64,000 nt of DNA from Piromyces finnis finn (taxonomy: Eukaryota; Fungi; Neocallimastigomycota), in the NCBI GenBank assembly GCA_002104945.1, contig MCFH01000001.1, forward strand, positions 434,001 through 498,000. Reading direction: 5' to 3'. This document shows positions 33,234-42,862 of this stretch, piece after piece. The stretch's first letter is position 1. Every line of letters begins with the position of its first letter. A program made the translations under genes and the position numbers. The notes below the pieces were generated by a model. That model had not been told where the DNA came from, ran no database searches, and saw nothing but the letters and a program-made list of their open reading frames with translations.

Positions 33234-36200
33234 TGTAAAGATATCAAACGCCTCTGTTTGATATCTTTAATGTAACTTAAGCCACAAGTATTATTGTTTA
33301 AGTTACACAAATTATATTCAGAAAAAGAAAATGAGACATAATTTATTTATTAATAATTAAAGTTTAAAACAAAATAAATTATTAGTTTATTTTTAATGTT
33401 TAACAAGTAAATTAATATTCTCAATTTAAATCCCTAGTTTTAGTATTGTTTTTTCATAGAAATAAATAAATAATAAATGATTAATATATCAATAATACAT
33501 GGGCACATATTCAAATTGAATAGTACTTAATTTGAATTGCCAATTGTATTTTACTAAAAATAGTTATAGTTTAAATATTTATTAATAATTAAGATTTTAG
33601 TGTAGATTTTAAATAATAATATATAAGAAATAAATAGTTATAATATAATATAAATGTATTTAGGAAAAATATAAATAGAAGATATTTTTCATCATTTTAT
33701 CGATGTAATTGTTATTATTAAAATTCTATTATAATAAAAGATATTTTTAAATAAAACAATTTTTTATTTTTATTTTAAATTTAGTGTTATTGTAATAGAA
33801 TAGATATCCTAATCTATTCTTTCTGTGTCGCCATTACAATAACAATTACCTAACTACTTCAAGAGTACGTTAGGATATCTACTACTGTCAGAAGAAGAAT
33901 TTATAGAAGAACTTGGTTGCTACCATAGAAGAAGAATCTACCGAAGTACTTGGTTGCTACCACAGAAGAAGAATTTATAGAAGAACTTGGTTGCTACCAT
34001 AGAAGAAGAATTACTGAAACAATTATAGGTTAAACTCTGTTGCTGCCCTTGTTAAAGGAATTCTACCGAAGGAATCAATATATAGATACAAAACTTGTTC
34101 GACACTGCTTTGCAGAACGCGTTTGAATAACTTTTGTATTTAAATAGATTGTATTAGTGTAAAAAAAAAAAAAAATTAAGATTACTTACTTGAAACAGTA
34201 GTAAGAAAACATTTTTTATTTTATTTAATAGTTTACGTTGGAGGCCTTAATTAGTGAGTTTGAAAGTTTAAATTTAGAGATGGGTGATAGGACTGTGGGT
34301 GTTTCTGGGAATTCGGGGAACATTATTAATGCTCCACCGATATTTTCTGGTAAACAAAGAGAATTGGATGGATTTTTAACCAGAGTTGAGTTGGTATTTC
34401 GTACTCGACCGACACTGTATAATACAGATCGAGTCAAGGTCGACTTCGTTATATCATACTTCTCTGGTAAACCTTTGGAATGGACTTCAGTGTTGATGAA
34501 GAATAATAGTGGGGTTTTAAATCATTATGATGAATTTGTAGATAGGTTGAAGGCTAATTTTGGCAGTTATAGATACGATACCGTTGTAGCTAACGGTAAA
34601 TTAGATAATCTTCGCCAAAGGAAACTTGGTCAGGTATTAGATTACATTACCGAGTTTCAACGTATTAGCCAAAATTCAAGCTTTAATGATAGCGCAAAAA
34701 TCTACATGTTTCTGAAAGGTTTATTACCACCACTTAGGGAGAAGTTGGCTTTCATTGAATCAAACCCAACTTCAATTGAACAATTGATTTCTTCAACTAT
34801 TTTAGTTGAAGATATGATGAAAAGGAATTCTTTAAGTGAATTTTATTTTAATGGTAGAAGGGCTAATGATCCTATGGATGTGGATGTATTTAAAATTAGT
34901 AGAGAGAATAAACGAAAAAGGTATGTGAATATTCAAGGATCAAGTAAAAATTACAATAAAAACATAGATAACTTTGAAGAAGAAAAGAAAAAAGGGTTAT
35001 GTTTTCTTTGTAAACAACCGGGACATTTAAAATTTAATTGTCCTAATAGAGTAAATCCCAGAAAAGTGTTAAGAATTGTTAAAGAAAGGACTCCAAAAAT
35101 TGTTAATCCAAAAATTTACAAAGTTGGAGTCAAGGGAGTGAAAAGTGATTTAAACCTTGTGGACTTTTACTTGAGTACCAATGAAGTTTCGGAAGTTAAA
35201 ATTAAGGTTTTAATTGATTCCGGTTCTGAATTAAATTTCATTAATCCAAGTCTTGCTGAAGAACTTGGTATTAATTTGGAAAAAGTGGAACCATTCCGTG
35301 TTTCAGGTGTTAGTGATGGAGTTGTTAGTGTTTGGGAAAGGACTGAGAAGTGCATGCTCCGCTGCAAAAATCACTTCGAAGTAATTCAACTTTATGGATT
35401 ACAAGTCCCCGGTGTTGATGTTATTCTTGGTTTGCCGTGGATAAAGAAGCATAATCCAAATGCTTTCTACGACTCTAAGAAAATCGCTTTTAGTTCTGGT
35501 TATTGTGCCAGACATTGTAATAAAGGCAAAAGAAAGAGAAAACCAAGAAAGAAGTCAAAGAATGATCAGTTAGATCATGATGTTCTCGACCGAAGCTTGA
35601 CCAAAAAGCCGAAAGTAGATCCCTCTGTCCCAAACAATGAAGAAAAAGAATATGTTAAAGGCCGCCTTGTTAGAACTATCAATGATGAAGATGATAGCGA
35701 TGATGAATATATTAGTTTTAATAAAAAAGTTAAATGTATTGTAACAAAAATTAATGAAATATGTAATAATGATAACGAATCATGTAGTAATAATGATAAT
35801 GAAAAAGATATTAATAAAGATAAATTGGTCGCCGTACCAACCCAATATTTAGAATTTAGTGAAGTGTTTAATGAAAAAAATTGTGAAGTGTTACCTCCTC
35901 ATAGACCTTATGATTGTGAAATCAAACTTAAAGATGATTCGACTTTATTTTATGGACCTTTGTATCCATTAACTGAAGTTGAAAGAGAGGAACTTAAAAA
36001 ATATATTGATGATAATTTAAATAAAGGTTTTATTAGGAAATCATCGTCTCCTGCTGGTGCCCCAATTTTATTTGTTAAAAAGAAGGATGGCTCCCTAAGA
36101 CTTTGTATCGATTATAGAAAGTTGAATGATATTACCATTCGTAATTCATATCCTTTACCTTTAATTAGTGACCTTTTGGATAGGGTGAAAAATGCTAAGA

Positions 36201-39200
36201 TTTTTACTAAATTAGACCTTAAATCCGCTTATAATCTTGTTCGTATTAAAGAAGGTGATGAATACAAAACGGCTTTTCGTACTAGATATGGACATTTTGA
36301 ATATCTGGTTATGCCTTTTGGATTAAAGAATGCTCCTGCAACTTTTCAACACTTCATTAACGATGTCCTTAGTGACTGTTTAGACGATTTTGTTATCTCA
36401 TATATTGATGATATTCTTATTTATTCTAATAATATCGAAGAACATCATGAGCATGTTAAAAAGGTACTTAAGAAACTACTTGAAAATAATCTTTATGTTA
36501 AATTAGAAAAATGTGAGTTTGATGTTGAGAAAACCACTTTTCTTGGTTATGTCATTTCAAAGGATGGATTGCAAATGGATGAAAATAAAGTTAAAGCAAT
36601 TCTCGATTGGCCGGTTCCCAAGAATGTTAAAGAGGTTCAGTCTTTTATTGGTTTATGTAACTATTACAGAATTTTTATTAAAGACTTTGCTAAAATTGCA
36701 AACCCTCTTCACAAACTCACTAGAAAGAATGTTGCTTTTAACTGGGTGAAAGAAGATCAGGACGCTTTTATTTTATTAAAATCTCTGTTCACGTCAGCTC
36801 CTATTCTGAAACATGCGGATAGTAATAAACAATTTATTGTAGAAACTGATGCTAGTAATTATGCTGTCGGTGCTATTCTCTCTCAAGAATTTGATGGCAA
36901 ATTACATCCTATTGCATTTCTTTCTAAAAGTTTGACGAGTTGTCAAAGAAACTATCCTATATATGACAAGGAACTTTTTGCTATTGTAGTTGCTCTTGAA
37001 GAATGGCGTCATTATTTAGAAGGTGCACGCCATCCGTTCATAATTTATACTGATCACAAGAATTTAACATTTCCTAGAAAACCTGAAATGTTATCTCAGA
37101 GACAAATTAGATGGAATTTGTTCTTATCCAGATTTGATTTTAAACTCATTTATAGAGCTGGAAAGAAATCCGGTAAGCCTGATATCCTGTCTCGTAGAAG
37201 TGACCATTTAGAGAATAATATTAATTCTGATGTTTCTTGTCTTACTATTTCGTTTCATCATAGCGATAACAAACCGTTAATCGATTCTATTTTATTAGAA
37301 CTTAAAAATGACGATTTGTATAATTCTATTGTCCAATTTAAAATGAATGGTTCTGCATGTAATGCACCTATTAAAAATATTGATAAAGTTATTATTGATA
37401 ACGAGGGATTTTTGTTATATAATAATCTTATTTATGTTCCTAAATCTCTTAGGACAAGAGTTTTGGAACTTCATCATGATTCTGTTGCTGCTGGTCATTT
37501 CGGTATTAAGAAAACCACTGAACTGATCTCCAGAAACTTTTGGTGGCCAAGGTTTCATTCAGACGTTAAATCTTTTATCAAATCTTGCGTGACTTGTTGC
37601 AAATCCAAAGTCCCCAGACATAAGCCTTATGGATTGTTATCCCCTTTGGACACTCCCAGTAGGCCCTGGTCTGATATTTCTATTGATTTTATTGTTGATC
37701 TTCCTAAGTCCAGAGATATGACAACTCTCATGGTTGTTGTCGATAGATTTACTAAATTTGCTCACGCCATTCCTTTACGTTGTCTTCCTACTGCTTCGAT
37801 TGCTGCTGATGCTTTTATTGCTAATGTCTTCCGTTTGCATGGTCTTCCTGATTCCATCATTTCTGATAGAGGCTCGCAATTTACTTCTGACTTTTGGTCA
37901 AGACTTTGTGACCTTCTTAATATCAATCATTCATTATCAACTGCCAACCATCCGCAGACAGATGGTCAAACGGAGAGGGTGAACGGCATATTAGAACAAT
38001 ATTTCCGTTGTTTTATAAATAAAAAGCAGAATAACTGGGTTGATCTTATCCCATTTGCTGAATTTGCATATAATAATACTTTACAACAATCTATAAATCA
38101 ATCTCCATTCTTTGCTAATTATGGTTTTCATCCAAAGTTCAGCTTAGAAATTCCAGCTAATGATAGACCTAGTAGAGCTGAACAAAGAGTAATTGATATG
38201 AATGAAAACTTTAAATTATTAAAAGAAAACTTAGAAAAAGCAAAAGAAACATATAAGAAATATGCCGATATGAAGAGAATGATTCCCCCGGAGTTCGAAG
38301 TGGGAAAGAAGGTATGGTTATTGAAAGATTCTCCTGGAACTAACCTAAAGAGAAAATTAGCACCTCAAATGCTTGGCCCATTTAAGATAATTGGAAAAGT
38401 TAGTTCTCTCGCTTTCAAATTGAAACTTCCAAAGACAATGAGATGTCATCCAGTCTTTCATGTTTCATTGTTAGAACCATACTTTGAAAACAAGTTTAAC
38501 GACAGGTCTAATCGTAGGAAGAGGAACATTCACCTTAACACAGATTTAATTGAAAAAATTCCAGAGAAAATTGAAAAGATGAAATCTGTTAATGGTGAAA
38601 CATTTTATAAGTTATCATGGAAAGGATTTGACAAATCCACTTGGATTTCTGAAGATCAGATTCCAGATAAACAATTAATACAAGAGTTTGAAAGAAACTC
38701 TAAAAAGTCAAAATATAAGTCGAACGACTCCTCCATGAAAATTAGAAAGAATAAAGTTGGTAATCTAATCAAGCACAGATACCAACCATTTGTAATTGAA
38801 ATTCCTTCGAGAAAAGATTCCTTATAAATTAATCTCGCAGGAGCTCGACTTAGAGAGAGAGATTGTAAAGATATCAAACGCCTCTGTTTGATATCTTTAA
38901 TGTAACTTAAGCCACAAGTATTATTGTTTAAGTTACACAAATTATATTCAGAAAAAGAAAATGAGACATAATTTATTTATTAATAATTAAAGTTTAAAAC
39001 AAAATAAATTATTAGTTTATTTTTAATGTTTAACAAGTAAATTAATATTCTCAATTTAAATCCCTAGTTTTAGTATTGTTTTTTCATAGAAATAAATAAA
39101 TAATAAATGATTAATATATCAATAATACATGGGCACATATTCAAATTGAATAGTACTTAATTTGAATTGCCAATTGTATTTTACTAAAAATAGTTATAGT

Positions 39201-39468
39201 TTAAATATTTATTAATAATTAAGATTTTAGTGTAGATTTTAAATAATAATATATAAGAAATAAATAGTTATAATATAATATAAATGTATTTAGGAAAAAT
39301 ATAAATAGAAGATATTTTTCATCATTTTATCGATGTAATTGTTATTATTAAAATTCTATTATAATAAAAGATATTTTTAAATAAAACAATTTTTTATTTT
39401 TATTTTAAATTTAGTGTTATTGTAATAGAATAGATATCCTAATCTATTCTTTCTGTGTCGCCATTACA
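33234..39468 (+). mobile_element. Intact chromovirus element 5 (family B), inserted just after the D protease
   Basis: 605-bp LTRs 33234-33838 and 38864-39468; TSD TAAAA (33229-33233, 39469-39473); self-priming pair GTAATTGTTAT (33705-33715) / ATAACAATTAC (33839-33849). Confidence 0.96.
34238..38827 (+). CDS. Gag-Pol polyprotein, single ORF (1529 aa counted from TTG; first ATG at codon 15)
   Basis: Same domain order as element 4; uninterrupted. Confidence 0.95.
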   Translation: MEALISEFESLNLEMGDRTVGVSGNSGNIINAPPIFSGKQRELDGFLTRVELVFRTRPTLYNTDRVKVDFVISYFSGKPLEWTSVLMKNNSGVLNHYDEFVDRLKANFGSYRYDTVVANGKLDNLRQRKLGQVLDYITEFQRISQNSSFNDSAKIYMFLKGLLPPLREKLAFIESNPTSIEQLISSTILVEDMMKRNSLSEFYFNGRRANDPMDVDVFKISRENKRKRYVNIQGSSKNYNKNIDNFEEEKKKGLCFLCKQPGHLKFNCPNRVNPRKVLRIVKERTPKIVNPKIYKVGVKGVKSDLNLVDFYLSTNEVSEVKIKVLIDSGSELNFINPSLAEELGINLEKVEPFRVSGVSDGVVSVWERTEKCMLRCKNHFEVIQLYGLQVPGVDVILGLPWIKKHNPNAFYDSKKIAFSSGYCARHCNKGKRKRKPRKKSKNDQLDHDVLDRSLTKKPKVDPSVPNNEEKEYVKGRLVRTINDEDDSDDEYISFNKKVKCIVTKINEICNNDNESCSNNDNEKDINKDKLVAVPTQYLEFSEVFNEKNCEVLPPHRPYDCEIKLKDDSTLFYGPLYPLTEVEREELKKYIDDNLNKGFIRKSSSPAGAPILFVKKKDGSLRLCIDYRKLNDITIRNSYPLPLISDLLDRVKNAKIFTKLDLKSAYNLVRIKEGDEYKTAFRTRYGHFEYLVMPFGLKNAPATFQHFINDVLSDCLDDFVISYIDDILIYSNNIEEHHEHVKKVLKKLLENNLYVKLEKCEFDVEKTTFLGYVISKDGLQMDENKVKAILDWPVPKNVKEVQSFIGLCNYYRIFIKDFAKIANPLHKLTRKNVAFNWVKEDQDAFILLKSLFTSAPILKHADSNKQFIVETDASNYAVGAILSQEFDGKLHPIAFLSKSLTSCQRNYPIYDKELFAIVVALEEWRHYLEGARHPFIIYTDHKNLTFPRKPEMLSQRQIRWNLFLSRFDFKLIYRAGKKSGKPDILSRRSDHLENNINSDVSCLTISFHHSDNKPLIDSILLELKNDDLYNSIVQFKMNGSACNAPIKNIDKVIIDNEGFLLYNNLIYVPKSLRTRVLELHHDSVAAGHFGIKKTTELISRNFWWPRFHSDVKSFIKSCVTCCKSKVPRHKPYGLLSPLDTPSRPWSDISIDFIVDLPKSRDMTTLMVVVDRFTKFAHAIPLRCLPTASIAADAFIANVFRLHGLPDSIISDRGSQFTSDFWSRLCDLLNINHSLSTANHPQTDGQTERVNGILEQYFRCFINKKQNNWVDLIPFAEFAYNNTLQQSINQSPFFANYGFHPKFSLEIPANDRPSRAEQRVIDMNENFKLLKENLEKAKETYKKYADMKRMIPPEFEVGKKVWLLKDSPGTNLKRKLAPQMLGPFKIIGKVSSLAFKLKLPKTMRCHPVFHVSLLEPYFENKFNDRSNRRKRNIHLNTDLIEKIPEKIEKMKSVNGETFYKLSWKGFDKSTWISEDQIPDKQLIQEFERNSKKSKYKSNDSSMKIRKNKVGNLIKHRYQPFVIEIPSRKDSL

Positions 39469-40661
39469 TAAAACCTATTCCTTTTAAGGGAATCGATTCC
39501 AATTAATATATCAAAGATATCATCTTTTTCGATAACCCTAAATATCTCTGTGAAAGTCTTCTCGCCAATTGTGATTTTTAGTTTATATATATCCGTATTC
39601 GATGAAGTATTGGAATATGCCTGAAATATTGTCTCTGTAATATTTCCTACTGGCTGCTTGTGAATCCTAAATTTGCGGAGTGCTGACTTTGTTATCATAT
39701 TAACGCTGGCACATGAATCTAAGAATATTTCAGCCTCCACATCTTCTACCTTCCCGCGGACTTTGACAACTTTATGTTCTCCAAGCAAGGTGACAGCATT
39801 TGTTACTGCATTTTTGAATTTTGGTGTTAATTTCAACTTCTGGGCAAATGCTGTGCGGAATTTTGGGAACAGGTCTAATAAATTCACAAGTTTTGTTACC
39901 ACTTCTGTCGAAGCTACTTCTTTAACTAAATCATCTACCTTGAACTCTTCAAAACCATCCATTAGACGTATGTGTTTTTCAATATTTAAAATCTGTTCTT
40001 GCGGTGGGTTAGGGTTTATTTTATCTATTTCCTTCCTTTCTTGTTTCTTCATTTCAGCATTTCTTTCTTCCCGATTTTTCTTCTTTACATTCTCAATTCT
40101 TTTATCATTTAGATAGGATACATCCAAGTGTTCTAACTTCTCTACTTTGTTTAATTTTCTATTTTCCTTAGGAGTTGTTGCTTTGCTCTTATCATTTTTG
40201 CCCAATTCTTCATTTATATCATCCAACTCCTCTTCCATTTCTTCTTTTCCTATGGTTTCTGTTAACTTATTTTCATCTTTGGTTGATTTTCCATCAGAAT
40301 CTATTGTTATAATTTCAGAAGTGTTCAAGTTCATCTCCTTATCATTATTATTTATATAATTCCTTCTCTTATCTAATTGCTCATTATACTTCATAGCAGT
40401 AGTTTTAATAGGCATAGGATTTCGCTGTAGTTTATTCTCATGCATTCTCTTTATCTGGCTGGTTGTTTCTTTGTGCGCATTTTTAGCTTTGCTATTTGTG
40501 TCTTTTGATTTCTTCGTTGCAACCAAGGTTATAGACGAAGGCTCTCGGTAATTATTATTTGAGGTATTAGTATTAATTATGGTTCTATCTACCGTTGGTT
40601 GTACCACCGATAGATTGGTTTGTTTACTGGGAGTTGTCCTTCTCCCAGAGTTTAGTTTAAA
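39469..40661 (-). CDS. Element D Pol N-terminal part (linker + aspartic protease), entered by -1 frameshift
   Basis: IFLDSCASVN and ILIGIDSL protease motifs; joins RNRF|SLNFVDD across element 5. Confidence 0.85.
40627..40661 (-). promoter_or_regulatory. -1 programmed ribosomal frameshift signal, element D
   Basis: Slippery T TTA AAC in gag phase, 6-nt spacer, hairpin CTGGGAG-8nt-CTCCCAG; the -1 frame is open into Pol. Confidence 0.8.
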
Positions 40662-41686
40662 AGCCCCTTTTCTTCCATTTCGGCAAGTTGTTTAAAAGTA
40701 TATGGACATTCTATACGTTTGTGTCCATTTTGTCCACATCTGAAACATTTTATATCGGAATTTCTTTCATCAATCTCCCTTGGAATAGCATCGGTTGGTT
40801 CTATCAGGGATACCCTTTTTTCCGCATTTCTTGTTGTAGAATAAGATTTATTCATGCCTTGATAAGGGATTAAACCCATTCTACTATTATTATCATTCTG
40901 TTGATTTACATAACCATTGGTGTTGCTCCAATTAGACTGTCCTCCATAAACTCTGCGGTAGCTAATCCTAGTTCTATTGAAATATGGATATCTAAAGTTC
41001 TGGTTAATATTCTTCCTGTCGTAATATGAATTATGCGAATCCTCTTTATTATCATTCATAAGTCCAGTATAAATCGGATGATTTAATAGAACATTATCAC
41101 TTTGGGCAGCTAAAGTAACATTCCTTGTTCCTCTCCTTTGGTTAACTTGTTCATTGTTTTTCTCTTTAATTTCTCTCTCAGTATTTTCAGCTCGTTCAGC
41201 AATTTTGTAAGCTTCTTGTAAGTTCTCACAATCAGACATTCCTACCTGGGAGCACGGATAGACACGAGCACTAATAGAGTCTCTATATTCCTTCACTGTT
41301 ATTAATTTCTGATATTCCCTACTTAGATTATGATACAAGTTTCGATATCTATAATTAAACTTTTTTATAGTTTCTCCTTCCGCAATATTCATGTTTCTAA
41401 GTAGGGTCCATTTATCTCCCTCAGTAATCTTCATATCTTCTTCGATAGCTATTTGTATTTCTTTAAGTGATGGGTAATGGACTTCATTATTTCTTCTTAT
41501 TTTTAACCTTCTTACAACTTCTTTGGTATCAGACTCTACTGCGGCCATAGCCCAATTATACACTTGTCTAGGCTCAATTAAATCATAGAGATCCAAAAAG
41601 TCGTTCATATCCACTACCCATTCCCATACATTCTTCCCATAGTTATCAAGTTTGGGAACCTCTTTACGTATAGTAGTTAAATCCAT
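40652..41686 (-). CDS. Element D Gag (344 aa, CCHC)
   Basis: CFRCGQNGHKRIEC knuckle; lies between the PBS and pol. Confidence 0.88.
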   Translation of the reverse strand: MDLTTIRKEVPKLDNYGKNVWEWVVDMNDFLDLYDLIEPRQVYNWAMAAVESDTKEVVRRLKIRRNNEVHYPSLKEIQIAIEEDMKITEGDKWTLLRNMNIAEGETIKKFNYRYRNLYHNLSREYQKLITVKEYRDSISARVYPCSQVGMSDCENLQEAYKIAERAENTEREIKEKNNEQVNQRRGTRNVTLAAQSDNVLLNHPIYTGLMNDNKEDSHNSYYDRKNINQNFRYPYFNRTRISYRRVYGGQSNWSNTNGYVNQQNDNNSRMGLIPYQGMNKSYSTTRNAEKRVSLIEPTDAIPREIDERNSDIKCFRCGQNGHKRIECPYTFKQLAEMEEKGLLN

Positions 41687-42123
41687 TTCTCAAAAATGAA
41701 CTAATATTACTCTTATTATTGTTTGTCTGTTTATTATATCGCGTGATTTCTAATTGTATATATTTTTATATTTTTATTATTATTAACACGCGTATTAATT
41801 ATGAATTTATGGTATATTTTATATATAAATATAAACTATTTTATTTTAATAAATTTAATTCTTAGAACTACTTATATTATCGACTTTGGTGTAGAAGGCC
41901 TTTAGCTAAGAAGTTTTTCATTCAACAGCCGCGATCTACCCAAAGCGGTTGGTGGAAATATGTGTATTCTTCAAGTTAAATAATTAAAATAATATAATTT
42001 AATAGTTATATATAATTTATTATTATTATTATTATTATATATATTAATTTATTATTATTATTATTATTATTATTATAAATATATATTAATTTATTATTAT
42101 TATTATTATTATTATTATAAATA

Positions 42124-42154
<31 letters not shown>

Positions 42155-42204
42155 GTATAATCTCTATCTATTACTCATCTATTTTCATAAATTTGCTTGT
42201 TGTA

Positions 42205-42222
42205 CGCCCGGATTCTCCACCA
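42205..42222 (-). promoter_or_regulatory. Primer-binding site complementary to a tRNA-Ala 3' end (element D)
   Basis: Sense TGGTGGAGAATCCGGGCG, 6 nt from the LTR; the complement ends ATTCTCCACCA, typical of tRNA-Ala. Confidence 0.8.
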
Positions 42223-42862
42223 AAAACTTGGTACAGAATTTTATTATAAGTACCTTTTTCTTTATTGTTTGGGACACTACAACAGTTATAAATAACAAAT
42301 TTATATTCTAGATGAATATTTTTTTATTATATATTATTTTATTATTTTGTTTATTATTTTATTATTTTTATTACAAGCTTTATTATTTATAAGTATTATT
42401 TATTATTATTTTATATTATTATTTGTTTTAAAAATAGGTATAATCTTAGAAAATAAACTAATATTATTATTAATTCCTTCACTAAATCTAACAATAATAT
42501 TATTTATTCTTCTATTATTATCACCTTATCTTTATTTTATTTATAATATAACTAATATAAACTAACTAAAACTAACTAAAAACTAAAAACTCTTCTTTTC
42601 TTTTATATATATATACGCGTCTTTCTCTTCCTTATATAATTATATTTTTATCATCCTTATATTAAATTATAAAAAGTTTATTTTACTTTAATAAATTATT
42701 TATAAGTTATTAATTTAATTTAATTTACCATTCTTATTATTACTATCGTTATATAAATTTATTAAATAAAAATATTTAAATCCATATATATTATAAGGGT
42801 TATTTCATTTACCAAATATATGGATTTATTGCATTTTTCTGAATGTGGTGTACCACAATCAC

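Larger units (their letters stand above)
16556..42855 (-). mobile_element. Non-chromodomain Ty3/Gypsy element D, host to elements 3, 4 and 5
   Basis: 627-bp LTRs 16556-17182 and 42229-42855 (TGGTAC...GTACCA); 4-bp TSD CAAT (16552-16555, 42856-42859); tRNA-Ala PBS 42205-42222. Confidence 0.93.

Noticed and set aside
33234-33310. Chimeric N-terminus (MCNLNNN...) of ORF 31277..33310, and likewise MAFDIFTT of ORF 3955..7047
   Set aside because: Chance in-frame read-through from inserted LTRs with TTG/GTG starts; no evidence of function.
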